Origin: a virus
DNA: 64,000 nt
Reading direction: 5' to 3' (one strand)
IMG/VR virus record: IMGVR_UViG_3300006916_000041
Location: 1 to 64,000 of that record
Below are positions 47,490 through 57,024 of this stretch, piece after piece (position 1 is the first letter of the stretch; every line of letters begins with the position of its first letter). Below the pieces are notes generated by a model, which saw only the letters and a program-made list of their open reading frames with translations, was not told the origin of the DNA and ran no database searches. The position numbers were made by a program, and so were the translations under genes.

Positions 47490-48649
47490 ATAAAAAATCT
47501 AAATCTAATAAAGAGTTTCAATGGATCAGTTTAACTGGATTGTTATCAGCTTGTGGTAGTAGTAAACAAGAAACTGCTACAGCTGATGTACCTAAGATAT
47601 CCGGCAACAGTGAACCTGTAGCAGTGATCCTGGACACCTTTCAAGGACCTACTACACACGGTCCTTTGGTGCTGCAAAATTTTTATGGTGAATTCTTAAA
47701 CGATCACAAAGAAGTAACTGTAATTGCAGAAGATGTAGATGTCGACAAAACACCAGATCCAATGCTAAGAGCATATCAAGATTTTGATCCTGATGTTATC
47801 AATGTAAGTTGGGGCAGTAAACGTAATACAGATTATCCGCACATGGACAATTACAACACCTACACACATGATGATGCATATTTGCAATCAAATCAAACAC
47901 TGTGGGAGAATGGGGTGACCGTTACCGCTGCCGCTGGCAATGACGGGCTACATGATGCGGCAGTAGCTACTTGGGCTAGTAGTATTTTTCCTATTGTAGT
48001 TGGTGCTTACAGTCAATATGACGGTGATATTTATGATTGGAGCAACAAAGGATCTGCTGTAGTACACTATTATGAAAATGGAGATGGTTGGGGTATAGAA
48101 GGAACCAGCTTTAGTGCTCCTAGAGTGGCGGCGCAGGTTGCATTGATCAAAAGCGAACACAATACTATCAGTGAAAGCAGTGTTAGAACTATACTGGAAA
48201 AGAACAGTGTGTATGATTTTGACAGTGGAGACTATGTGCAAAAAATAGATGAAATCACAAACACAGATCCTAGTATTGATACTCGTGTAAAAGTCGAAGC
48301 AGTGTTTGAAATATTTGAAGGTAGAAATCCCAGTCAAACAGAACTGGACAACTGGATCAATCTAGTAGACAGTGGAGATGAAACATTGGGAACTATGGCA
48401 CGTTGGTTTGCTATGAATGGTATCCAAACACAAGATGTTCCGCCCATTGAAAGAATGCAGGCGTTTTATCATTATTGGTTAGGTAGAGAAAGCCAGGACA
48501 GTGAGATAATACGAATGTTCAATGATCTTGTACAAACACAAAATTGGAATCAAACGTTTGATAACTTTTTAGAACTTGAACATGTTGACACTAGCTATAG
48601 TTTTGTGTATAATAACTACGATGTACTAGCAACTGAGGTAATAGCATAA
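47486..48649 (+). CDS. Lipoprotein S8 subtilase with C-terminal DUF4214-like repeats
   Basis: LSAC lipobox; ILDT, HG, INVSWG, AAGNDG, GTSFSAP; two .GR.(P/S)...E repeats. Confidence 0.75.
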   Translation: MNKKSKSNKEFQWISLTGLLSACGSSKQETATADVPKISGNSEPVAVILDTFQGPTTHGPLVLQNFYGEFLNDHKEVTVIAEDVDVDKTPDPMLRAYQDFDPDVINVSWGSKRNTDYPHMDNYNTYTHDDAYLQSNQTLWENGVTVTAAAGNDGLHDAAVATWASSIFPIVVGAYSQYDGDIYDWSNKGSAVVHYYENGDGWGIEGTSFSAPRVAAQVALIKSEHNTISESSVRTILEKNSVYDFDSGDYVQKIDEITNTDPSIDTRVKVEAVFEIFEGRNPSQTELDNWINLVDSGDETLGTMARWFAMNGIQTQDVPPIERMQAFYHYWLGRESQDSEIIRMFNDLVQTQNWNQTFDNFLELEHVDTSYSFVYNNYDVLATEVIA

Positions 48650-49563
48650 TGAAAGATATTTGGGTAGAAAAGTATCGTCCTAAAACTGTAGATGAATACG
48701 TTTTCAAAGATGAAGCACAAAAGCATCAAGTAAAAACTTGGATTGCTGATGGCGGTATTCCGCACTTGCTGTTTAGTGGTAGTGCTGGTACAGGCAAAAC
48801 TACACTGGCAAAAGTTCTTATCAATGACTTGGGTGTACAAGATGCTGATGTACTGTTAATCAACGCAAGTCGTGACAACGGTGTTGATTTGATCAGACGT
48901 AAGATTACAAACTTCAGTGAAACTATGCCTTGGGGTGATTATAAAGTTATCTTGCTTGATGAGGCTGATTATATCTCAGCAGAAGGTCAAGCGGCACTGC
49001 GTGGTGTTATGGAACAGTATCATCAAAGTGTGCGTTTTATTCTCACTTGTAATTATCCCAACAAGATTATTCCAGCACTGCATTCAAGATGTCAAGGTTT
49101 TCATATTACAAGTTTGGACACCAATGAGTTTACTGCACGTATTGCAGAGATACTAATTGAAAACAACACACAGTTTGAACTAGACACACTGGACAGTTTC
49201 GTTCGTGCAACATATCCAGACTTGCGTAAAACTATCAACAATGTGCAAATGGCAGTTGTTGATGGTGAACTAAAGCAAGCAGAGCAAAGTGATCAAGACA
49301 CAGGCTGGCGTATCAAAATGGTAGAGCTGTTCAAAGCAGGTCAAGTGCGTGAAGCTCGAAAACTTATTATTGCAAACTGTAGAACTGATGAATATGAAGA
49401 AATGTATCGTTGGTTGTATCGCAATGTAGAGTTCTTTGGCGACACAGAGGACAAGCAAGACGAAGCTGTTATTGTTATTAGAAACAGTATGGTCAAGCAC
49501 ACACAGGTTGCAGATCCAGAAATCAACTTGAGTGCTACTCTAATAGAACTTAATAACTTATAA
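48649..49563 (+). CDS. Clamp loader subunit (RFC/gp44-like AAA+)
   Basis: WVEKYRP, GSAGTGKTT, INAS, LDEAD, SRC, PDLRK.IN. Confidence 0.93.
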   Translation: MKDIWVEKYRPKTVDEYVFKDEAQKHQVKTWIADGGIPHLLFSGSAGTGKTTLAKVLINDLGVQDADVLLINASRDNGVDLIRRKITNFSETMPWGDYKVILLDEADYISAEGQAALRGVMEQYHQSVRFILTCNYPNKIIPALHSRCQGFHITSLDTNEFTARIAEILIENNTQFELDTLDSFVRATYPDLRKTINNVQMAVVDGELKQAEQSDQDTGWRIKMVELFKAGQVREARKLIIANCRTDEYEEMYRWLYRNVEFFGDTEDKQDEAVIVIRNSMVKHTQVADPEINLSATLIELNNL

Positions 49564-49565
49564 AA

Positions 49566-50042
49566 TTACCAGCGTCCTTGGCCTTTACCAATAAGCCAAA
49601 TACCTGCTCCTAATATAGCTATAGCTATCATAGCAGCAAATAAACCTACTACCCAAGCTATGATTGCTTCTTTGCGTTCTTGTGCGGCATAAACTGCTTC
49701 TTTTTGTTCTTTGCGCATCTGTGCTTCGATAGCTACAATTTCGTCCCAGCTACTTGGTCCGTAGTATAAACTGATATAACTTCTTAGTTCTTCACGCATG
49801 TCTTGCGCTTTTTTCTTTTGTATCCAGACTTCCATAGCATTTTTTTGAACGTCTGTTCCTAGAGACTTGTACCAAGGTGGATTTTCTGCCTTCTTGTGGG
49901 CAAAATCCAAATCACTGATAGCTTTGGCCCATGAACCAAGTTGGCTGGTCATAGACTGAATATCTTTACCAGTACTGATAGCACTTTTAATTCCGTTAAA
50001 AGCCGCTGTGGCAGCACCGATTGCTGTAATCGGATCAATCAT
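49566..50042 (-). CDS. Hypothetical membrane-anchored protein
   Basis: MIDPITAIGAA...; C-terminal TM. Confidence 0.7.
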   Translation of the reverse strand: MIDPITAIGAATAAFNGIKSAISTGKDIQSMTSQLGSWAKAISDLDFAHKKAENPPWYKSLGTDVQKNAMEVWIQKKKAQDMREELRSYISLYYGPSSWDEIVAIEAQMRKEQKEAVYAAQERKEAIIAWVVGLFAAMIAIAILGAGIWLIGKGQGRW

Positions 50043-50130
50043 ATTTTTCACTCTCACTCACTAGTACAAGAAGTACTATACGTATTTAACGTAAAATCGT
50101 AAAATATTAAAGTGTAACTTAAAGAAAAGG

Positions 50131-50182
50131 TTGACAGTAAGACATCTTGATGCTATATTGTATATGTAAGTTAGAAAAGGAG
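50131..50182 (+). promoter_or_regulatory. Early promoter cassette (AAGACATCTT variant)
   Basis: TTGACA-GT-AAGACATCTT-GATGC-TATATT-GTATATGTAAGTTAGAAAAGGAG. Confidence 0.88.
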
Positions 50183-50188
50183 TTCGCT

Positions 50189-50398
50189 ATGTGGGCAGTT
50201 GAAGCACGTAATTACGGAGAGAATCCAGACTACTTTTACATGTCAGGATTAACAGAAAAACAAGCTCGTAAGCGTCACGCTGAAATGTCAAACAGCGGCA
50301 AATGGGCTATGTGTCGTAGTTGGGATAAGGTTGCTGAATGGGAACAAGAACAAGCCAACGAACGTATTCGCAACTTTAAAGGGCCTCTGAGTGTGTAA
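50189..50398 (+). CDS. Hypothetical early protein
   Basis: AAGGAG SD. Confidence 0.7.
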   Translation: MWAVEARNYGENPDYFYMSGLTEKQARKRHAEMSNSGKWAMCRSWDKVAEWEQEQANERIRNFKGPLSV

Positions 50399-50424
50399 AT
50401 AAAACTATAACAGAGGAAATATCA

Positions 50425-50661
50425 ATGACAGGTAATGAACTTTTAGATATGATGGAAAAACGCTTTGACGAGGGCGATTATCCAGGTGGATTAATTTACA
50501 TGACTGGCAGACGCATTGCTGAACACTTTAAAGATAATCCCATCACAGTAGACGAAATCCAGCGCATACCAATGGTTGGCAAGAAGCGGTTGGCAGCATT
50601 TGAAGAATACTATGGTGTTACGTTAAGCAAGCCTGTATTTCGTACATCACGCAATCAATAG
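50425..50661 (+). CDS. Hypothetical protein (HhH-like motif)
   Basis: EIQRIPMVGKKR. Confidence 0.55.
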   Translation: MTGNELLDMMEKRFDEGDYPGGLIYMTGRRIAEHFKDNPITVDEIQRIPMVGKKRLAAFEEYYGVTLSKPVFRTSRNQ

Positions 50662-50669
50662 GAGACCGC

Positions 50670-50921
50670 ATGTCACAAGAAGAAGGCGTTCATGTTACAT
50701 TAGATGATCTAACTCCACAACAGGTACAAATGCTGAATAAGATTTGGAGTTATGACAGGGCTGAAGATTTACAAGCATTTAGAGACAGCCTGCCTCGATT
50801 CCGTCAACAGGAACTTGATACACTTGTTATAATGATAATAATGGAAATGGAAGGAGTCAAGGCTGAAGAAGATGTAAGCATGGCTCAAGAGATGTTGCGT
50901 GATCTTGGATACTCATGTTAG
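50670..50921 (+). CDS. Hypothetical protein
   Basis: AGGAG SD. Confidence 0.6.
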   Translation: MSQEEGVHVTLDDLTPQQVQMLNKIWSYDRAEDLQAFRDSLPRFRQQELDTLVIMIIMEMEGVKAEEDVSMAQEMLRDLGYSC

Positions 50922-51202
50922 ACGATAATGCAGCTAAAATATTTGCTGAAAACATAAACATGATGGTGCCATGGTATCTCATGGCATCGTATGCGTACTA
51001 CAAAAAAGATGAACCTATACTCAGCGATGCGTTCTTTGACGCTATGGGCAAAACTATGTTGGAGAGATGGGATGACATTGATCATTTTCACAAGCACTTT
51101 ATTACTGTTGATGACTTACAAGCCGGAACCTATCTTGGCGACTATCCCAGTCGTGTCGAAGGTGCCCTTAAAGACCTTGTTGATAAACACAAAAAAGGTT
51201 GA
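50915..51202 (+). CDS. Stand-alone NAD+-ligase domain Ia-like protein
   Basis: YAYYKKDEPILSDAFFD matches the YY..D.P..SD..YD motif of LigA domain Ia. Confidence 0.7.
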   Translation: MLDDNAAKIFAENINMMVPWYLMASYAYYKKDEPILSDAFFDAMGKTMLERWDDIDHFHKHFITVDDLQAGTYLGDYPSRVEGALKDLVDKHKKG

Positions 51203-51227
51203 CATCTAATAAAAAATATGCTATGTA
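51199..51227 (+). promoter_or_regulatory. Sigma70-like promoter for the 51.3-53.5 kb operon
   Basis: TTGACA, 17-nt spacer, (TGC)TATGTA. Confidence 0.55.
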
Positions 51228-51309
51228 ATTAATGTAAGCAATAACGTTTACGAAAACTAGGACGAGTAGGTCCGATATAGGCTGGAAGCCGCAACACAAG
51301 GAAAAGTAA

Positions 51310-52449
51310 ATGGAACTATCATACGCAACCCGTGTGAACAAAGAATATGAAACTAGTGCATCTAACTTTGTCACACTACAAGAACGATTAAACGAAGCAC
51401 TAGAAAAGGCACCATTTTTCGCTGCACAGCTAGATCAAATGGTATCCGAATTTAAACGCAAAAATTCAAAATGGAAAAAGTTTAGCGATTTACAACTGTG
51501 TAAAGCACAGATGACTGCGCTGGACAAAATCATTATTGATGCTAGTATGCAACGACAGCCTAATATGCGTCACATACTAGAAATTTTACAAAATTTCCGA
51601 GAAACAATGGTCATGGCTATCCAAGTTTATGTAAATGAGGATGGAAATTATGTGGCTTGGGATGGCCAGCACACTGCGCTAGCACTTTATATTTTAGCCA
51701 CTAAAGTATTTGGTGATCGCTTAAAGGCATGTGAAATACCAATTGTTGTGTACTGCACAAGTCAAAAACTTGAAATTCGTCGTAACTTTATTTTGTTGAA
51801 TGGCGATGCAAAACAACCACTAGACTTTATCGACACATACAAGCAAATGGTTTATGGTGTTAAAGTTGATGGTGCAACAGACCAAGAATGGGTAGACACT
51901 GCAAAGAAAAATGACTACTTCCGTGACGCAGACTTGTTTGCTACTAACAGCAAGTTTGGTGACGACGACGAAACAGGTGCATTTACATTGCTTGCAGATA
52001 CTACAATGAGCAAGAGCCTGAAAACACGTAAAAATCCAGAAGTAACTCGTATGTTTGCAGACTACTGGACTCGCTTAAATGCAAAACGTCCAGTTGATGC
52101 TAAAGAAGCAAGGCAGTTGTTTGAGTACTTTAACTTGTGCTATGAACAAGGAATTACAGTAGACGACGATTATGTAAAAGAGTTTGTAGAGTTTACCAAA
52201 GACTTCTTTGAAGCAGACTTTTCGCCTAACGGAATGTTTTGGGATAAAGTTAAAATGGCATACGAAAGCTGGTATGCAAAAGCTAACCCAGAAAGCTACA
52301 ACGATTGGGGTGTACGGGGGTTTACTACAGAGATGCGTACAGGGCTTCCGTTCTTGATTGCACAATTACGCAAAAGTACAAATCTTAAAACTCCTAATTA
52401 CACACCAAACAATGGCTTCACAGTTTCTAAAGAGGACTTGTGGGACTAA
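51310..52449 (+). CDS. ParB/Srx-superfamily (DGQH-type) protein
   Basis: ID..MQR, WDGQHT..AL, F..LN....PL...D. Confidence 0.7.
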   Translation: MELSYATRVNKEYETSASNFVTLQERLNEALEKAPFFAAQLDQMVSEFKRKNSKWKKFSDLQLCKAQMTALDKIIIDASMQRQPNMRHILEILQNFRETMVMAIQVYVNEDGNYVAWDGQHTALALYILATKVFGDRLKACEIPIVVYCTSQKLEIRRNFILLNGDAKQPLDFIDTYKQMVYGVKVDGATDQEWVDTAKKNDYFRDADLFATNSKFGDDDETGAFTLLADTTMSKSLKTRKNPEVTRMFADYWTRLNAKRPVDAKEARQLFEYFNLCYEQGITVDDDYVKEFVEFTKDFFEADFSPNGMFWDKVKMAYESWYAKANPESYNDWGVRGFTTEMRTGLPFLIAQLRKSTNLKTPNYTPNNGFTVSKEDLWD

Positions 52450-52898
52450 TGGCTAAATTGTTAGACAAAAACAACCGTAAGATGAAAAGTCCGGGAATAC
52501 TACGTGAGCAATATCGACGTGGTGCTAAGTGTATGCTTGAAGATTGTGATAATGATTTGAGTATATTCGATGGACCCGGCGGAAACATTTTATGTGAAGA
52601 GCATCAACTGGAATGTGTAGAATACGGTGGCATGGGTAAACCAGAACGTCCACACACTTTCTACAGAGGTTGGGAATGTAACACTTGTGGTTATGATCCA
52701 CGTGAAGATCCTGAGATCATTTCAATTGAGGATCCATATCATCAACTGCGTGTAGCACGTGGTGTAATGCATGGAGACCATATTCACTTGAAAAGTCAGG
52801 GTGGAGCAGACACAGCAGAAAACATCAATACACTGTGCTGTCGTTGTCACATGATCAAAAGCTACAAAGAAAAAGATTATCTAGGAACAAGACAATGA
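52449..52898 (+). CDS. Zn-binding HNH endonuclease-like protein
   Basis: CxxC, DHIH.KSQGG.D..ENI.TLC.RCH..K. Confidence 0.8.
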   Translation: MAKLLDKNNRKMKSPGILREQYRRGAKCMLEDCDNDLSIFDGPGGNILCEEHQLECVEYGGMGKPERPHTFYRGWECNTCGYDPREDPEIISIEDPYHQLRVARGVMHGDHIHLKSQGGADTAENINTLCCRCHMIKSYKEKDYLGTRQ

Positions 52899-53545
52899 AA
52901 ATAACACGAGTAAAAGGAATCGAAGTTGGTGATAGTTTGCCAAGTTGGATAAATTCTGATACATCACCAACTGTTATCGGAAATTACTTTCATGACAAAC
53001 TTGGTCAATTTCAAGGAGGTTATAACACAGGCAAAGGGTCTGACTTTCCTCTACTAGAACTTGAATTGAAAACCAAAAGCCAATACAAGTTGTCCAGAAA
53101 CAAAATTGTAAAAAACAATACAGATTGGACTGTTGGAACTATAACACTATCAGACTTGCTGAATCAAAGTTGGTCACAAACACACTTGTCTAAAAAAATG
53201 AAAGTTTGGTTGACTGTGGTTTATGACAAACATTATCTGAACACAGTTAAATCCAAAAATATTGTAGATTTTAGGCATTCTAGTGTACAACAAAAATTAG
53301 AACATGCCTATAATTTTGCACAACAACACATGTTATCAACTGTACAGCAAAGTCTACAAACAGGTATTGCATTAGAAAAACTGTTTAAGCCTGGAGGGTA
53401 TGACAGAATAGGATATGGCATTGTGTTTGAACGCAAAGGTGCAGAAGATATTGAAACCTTTAGTATGAGAATAACACAGAGTCATTTGCCAAAGTTGGAA
53501 AAACTTAGCAATAGTGTACAACATGCATTTTTGGAATGGAGTTGA
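52895..53545 (+). CDS. MutH/Sau3AI-like PD-(D/E)xK nuclease
   Basis: G......LG....DFP.L.LELKT; W..T.L.KK. Confidence 0.6.
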   Translation: MKITRVKGIEVGDSLPSWINSDTSPTVIGNYFHDKLGQFQGGYNTGKGSDFPLLELELKTKSQYKLSRNKIVKNNTDWTVGTITLSDLLNQSWSQTHLSKKMKVWLTVVYDKHYLNTVKSKNIVDFRHSSVQQKLEHAYNFAQQHMLSTVQQSLQTGIALEKLFKPGGYDRIGYGIVFERKGAEDIETFSMRITQSHLPKLEKLSNSVQHAFLEWS

Positions 53546-53595
53546 ATAAAAAAGGAGGCTGATTTCCTGGAGGTTTTCAGCCTGCTGAACTTACA

Positions 53596-53826
53596 TTACT
53601 TGCGGTTCCAAATACCCCAAAGTACCCAGATCGCAATCAAGCCCATTAGGCCTTCAGCACCCAGTGTTGCTAGCATACCGCTAACATTTGCGACTACACT
53701 AACTTCAGGGAAGAATGGGATTGCACCAAGACCTAGTACTTCTACTACGATCATAAGTGCCGCAATACTAATGCCAACTTCAGCAAGAGCACCTGCCCAA
53801 CCTTTTACTTTGTTGATAATTTCCAT
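53596..53826 (-). CDS. Small 2-TM protein
   Basis: AAGGAG SD; hydrophobic; late motif upstream. Confidence 0.7.
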   Translation of the reverse strand: MEIINKVKGWAGALAEVGISIAALMIVVEVLGLGAIPFFPEVSVVANVSGMLATLGAEGLMGLIAIWVLWGIWNRK

Positions 53827-53983
53827 TGTATCAACTCCTTGTATTATGCGTGTGTACTACACCCGCAAGTATATTTACAAAAAGTCAGCTGAAATCCGCT
53901 TATGGTAAGAGTTCATGGTGCGTTATTTTGTAGCATAAAAAACACAAAATCTATAAAAAACCGGTAAGACTTTTTGAATAGTA

Positions 53984-54508
53984 TTAAACTAATCCTAAAG
54001 ATTGACACATAGCGTGTAATTCGTGATAGTCCAATGATTCTTCACTTTTATCGAATCCGATAGATAACATCCATCGTTCTTGGTGTTCATTGATTATTGT
54101 ATGCTCAACAGTGGTGTTAAACAAATACAGTTGATTAGGTTCATACACCAGCTCATCAATCTGATGAAGATATTTGTTTATCTTATTTCCAAAATAAGTA
54201 TGTCCTTGACCTTTGATTAGCATATTAATTGCACAATCTCGTATACCATCACAGTGCCATTCATAACAAGTCCAGGGATTCATGTGAAAGACCATACCTC
54301 CCATATTACATGGAGTGTTATCTAGAATCTGTTTAATAACTGGATCTTGGTTTAATATTTCTGTAGGAATTATACCTTTGCCAAAGCCTCTTAAGGCGTT
54401 AAAGTCAAAAAAATCACTACCTGCAGATTCTATGTACTCTTGTATGGTAGACCGAATAGTAGAATGTTGATTTAATGGTTCATATGCATCTTTTATTCTA
54501 TATTTCAT
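53984..54508 (-). CDS. Cupin/2OG-Fe(II) oxygenase-like protein
   Basis: WHCD...CAIN, YLFNT..EH...N....R..LS. Confidence 0.7.
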   Translation of the reverse strand: MKYRIKDAYEPLNQHSTIRSTIQEYIESAGSDFFDFNALRGFGKGIIPTEILNQDPVIKQILDNTPCNMGGMVFHMNPWTCYEWHCDGIRDCAINMLIKGQGHTYFGNKINKYLHQIDELVYEPNQLYLFNTTVEHTIINEHQERWMLSIGFDKSEESLDYHELHAMCQSLGLV

Positions 54509-54529
54509 AAAAATATTTATAAAAAACTC

Positions 54530-54584
54530 TTGACATTCGAGACATCTTACTTTATATTATAAGTGTAAGTTGAGAAAAACGGAG
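54530..54584 (+). promoter_or_regulatory. Early promoter cassette (GAGACATCTT variant)
   Basis: TTGACATTCGAGACATCTTACTT-TATATT-ATAAGTGTAAGTTGAGAAAAACGGAG. Confidence 0.8.
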
Positions 54585-54592
54585 TGATACTG

Positions 54593-54928
54593 ATGCAAAA
54601 AGAAATCGAAACACTGGTTCAGACTATTAAAACAGACTTTATTCGTTTTGCTACTCGCAACGGTCGTGAACCACTTAGTGGATATTTCAAAGAAAAAGTT
54701 GATAACTTTGATGATATCATAGAAGTCAAGTATGGTAACAAGTATATCAAGATCATCAAAGAAAACAGCGTTTGGGGGTTCATTGTTAACACGGACACAG
54801 ACAAAAAGTTTCGTAAAGGCGACATTCTAAAAGCCGCTGGCTGGAATGCTCCTGCTCGTAACGCTGCTCGTGGTAACATTTTTGAAAACTACAGTGTTGC
54901 CTGGACTGGACCACATTATCTTAAATAA
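54593..54928 (+). CDS. Hypothetical early phage protein
   Basis: KYIKI..VWGFI..GDILKAAGWNAPARN.ARGNI. Confidence 0.75.
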   Translation: MQKEIETLVQTIKTDFIRFATRNGREPLSGYFKEKVDNFDDIIEVKYGNKYIKIIKENSVWGFIVNTDTDKKFRKGDILKAAGWNAPARNAARGNIFENYSVAWTGPHYLK

Positions 54929-55049
54929 GGATATGAAGAAGATGCAAGGTGAACAAGCTGTAGTGATGTGGAGAGCAATACAAGTTGGAATACTAATTGC
55001 TCCTATCATCGCTTTTATTGTTGCAATTAAAATTATTTTTTAAAAAAGG

Positions 55050-55094
55050 TTGACAATAAGACGTCTTGGTGCTACATTATATATGTAGACGGAG
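55050..55094 (+). promoter_or_regulatory. Early promoter cassette
   Basis: TTGACA-AT-AAGACGTCTT-GGTGC-TACATT-ATATATGTAGACGGAG. Confidence 0.88.
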
Positions 55095-55102
55095 AAAACA
55101 AC

Positions 55103-55246
55103 ATGACAGCATATCAAGTTTATCTAAATCAAATGTTCGACGCAATGTCCAAAGCAGACCAGTTAAAAGCAGTTAAGCAAAGTGTTGCTAAACAATCCGC
55201 TACTACTTGGTCCGATATCGCAAAACTTGCAAAAGAGGTTCAATAA
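55103..55246 (+). CDS. 47-aa early protein (not in ORF track)
   Basis: GGAG SD; TAATG overlap with next gene. Confidence 0.65.
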   Translation: MTAYQVYLNQMFDAMSKADQLKAVKQSVAKQSATTWSDIAKLAKEVQ

Positions 55247-55449
55247 TGTTTGAAGTTGGAATGGGAATTATTCGACAGTACAGCGATTACACTGCAAAAG
55301 GTGAAATCACTTCTATACATGATGATGCAGAAGGCGAAACTCTCGTCACTGTGATGTATGACGACGGTGCTGTAAAAACCTACACTGAAAACTGTGTTGA
55401 ACAGAACTTAGGTCGCCGTATGATTGTAACTGAAGAGGTAATTTGGTAA
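55246..55449 (+). CDS. Small SH3/Tudor-like beta protein
   Basis: FEVG..I...G.I...V.V.YDDG..K.Y. Confidence 0.55.
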   Translation: MFEVGMGIIRQYSDYTAKGEITSIHDDAEGETLVTVMYDDGAVKTYTENCVEQNLGRRMIVTEEVIW

Positions 55450-55823
55450 TGTTGTACAGCGTAATTGGCGGTACTAAAAAAGAACGTGCGGTAGTTACTG
55501 AAGCACTTTGGTTTGCTAAAAAATATTGGTTGCCACGGCATCGTAAACTTGCTGTTGATGTAGAGATTACCAAGCATTTGGATGTTGATGCTGATTGCTT
55601 GGAAGGTGATGATGATCGTGAGTACGAAATCCGTGTTAAGCGTGGACTGGATTATGAAGATCTTGTTACTGCTATCTTTCATGAATTTGTACACGTTAAG
55701 CAGGATGTATTAAAACAATTTCCTATGTTTACTCCTAGTGACATTCCCTACTTTGATCGTCCTTGGGAGATTGAAGCATATGCTGAACAAGAAAAAATGT
55801 TAAAAGCCTATATAAAAGGTTGA
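55449..55823 (+). CDS. Zinc metallopeptidase-like protein
   Basis: HEFVHVKQ, PWEIEAY. Confidence 0.8.
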   Translation: MLYSVIGGTKKERAVVTEALWFAKKYWLPRHRKLAVDVEITKHLDVDADCLEGDDDREYEIRVKRGLDYEDLVTAIFHEFVHVKQDVLKQFPMFTPSDIPYFDRPWEIEAYAEQEKMLKAYIKG

Positions 55824-55872
55824 CAACAAGACGTCTTGATGTTATAGTGTATATGTAAGTTGAGAAAAGGAG
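55820..55872 (+). promoter_or_regulatory. Early promoter cassette
   Basis: TTGACA-A-CAAGACGTCTTG-ATGT-TATAGT-GTATATGTAAGTTGAGAAAAGGAG. Confidence 0.88.
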
Positions 55873-55877
55873 TTGTT

Positions 55878-56228
55878 ATGCAGTTAGAGTTGTTCAAAAG
55901 CGAATGGGGTGTTAATCCTGGATTTGAATATTTGGCTAATCAGTTGAATGAAATGATCCCCATGCAAGGCAAATGTGAAAATTCACGCACTGCTAATAAA
56001 CACCTTGACAAGTTTCGCAGAGCGCAAAACGTTATATACGATTTATTCAACAACGGACTAGGCAACAGACGAGGCGAATACAGACGCATGTTTGGTGAAG
56101 TTCCTCTTCCAGGTATTAGATACCAACACTATATTAGTGCAGTACGTTGGGAACAGATCGAAGACGAAGTCGAAGCAAACTTTACTCCAATCATACTAGC
56201 GGCAGCTAAAGAACAAGGATTGATATAA
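55878..56228 (+). CDS. Hypothetical early protein
   Basis: YDLFNNGL.N motif. Confidence 0.7.
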   Translation: MQLELFKSEWGVNPGFEYLANQLNEMIPMQGKCENSRTANKHLDKFRRAQNVIYDLFNNGLGNRRGEYRRMFGEVPLPGIRYQHYISAVRWEQIEDEVEANFTPIILAAAKEQGLI

Positions 56229-56542
56229 TGACACAGCTAAACAGCAATACGCAGGAATTGATCAACGCAATCGATGCAATTCGCAAAATTCAAACACAGG
56301 ATGATTTGAATACTCTTGCAAATGTTTGGAAACAGCAAATGAACTATATCGGTTCTCAAGCCAAGCGTGGTCTTAAAAAAGGTGATACCATTGAATGGTC
56401 AAGCCGCGGATATGTTCGTCAAGGTATCATTCAAAAAATGAATCGCAAGACTGTTGAAGTTGTTGATGCTGGTGCTACTCCATTTGGACGCACTGTGACA
56501 CGAGTACCAACTAGCATGATTATTGGTAAAGTGGCAGCATGA
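56228..56542 (+). CDS. Hypothetical protein with KOW/SH3-like C-terminus
   Basis: LKKGD.I.W, G.I.K.N.KT. Confidence 0.65.
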   Translation: MTQLNSNTQELINAIDAIRKIQTQDDLNTLANVWKQQMNYIGSQAKRGLKKGDTIEWSSRGYVRQGIIQKMNRKTVEVVDAGATPFGRTVTRVPTSMIIGKVAA

Positions 56543-56799
56543 AGACACTGGACACACATCAACAACTGTTTGTGATCACCGCAGAAGAATGCGGTGAACT
56601 CACACAAGTCTGCATGAAAATACTGCGCAAGGCAACTGTTAATGATGAATGGAATAAAAAACTGCTAGAAGAAGCGGGCGATGTTTACTGCATGTTGGAT
56701 CTCATGGTTCAACATGGTTACCTAACCTGGGATGATATTGCTGACAGAGCAAATACAAAAAAGAAAAAATTGATCAAATGGAGCGATTTGATTCAATAA
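56539..56799 (+). CDS. MazG-like protein
   Basis: AEECGEL.Q, EEAGDV. Confidence 0.75.
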   Translation: MKTLDTHQQLFVITAEECGELTQVCMKILRKATVNDEWNKKLLEEAGDVYCMLDLMVQHGYLTWDDIADRANTKKKKLIKWSDLIQ

Positions 56800-56826
56800 A
56801 TATTTGTATATTGGAGTATTATATAC

Positions 56827-57024
56827 ATGAGCGAGCATCAAATTCATTTTGAAGAAAGCATGGAAGACGACGACTTTGGGTTGATTATCAGTAAAACTGG
56901 TGACCTCAAAGGATTGTTTGTACCCAAAGAATACGAAGAGGCTGACTATGTTCCAGAAGCAATTGTACAAATATTGAGTCAGGTTTACGGAATCACGCTA
57001 GACGACGGAGCAACTATCCATTGA
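56827..57024 (+). CDS. Small acidic hypothetical protein
   Basis: TAAATA and GGAG upstream. Confidence 0.6.
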   Translation: MSEHQIHFEESMEDDDFGLIISKTGDLKGLFVPKEYEEADYVPEAIVQILSQVYGITLDDGATIH

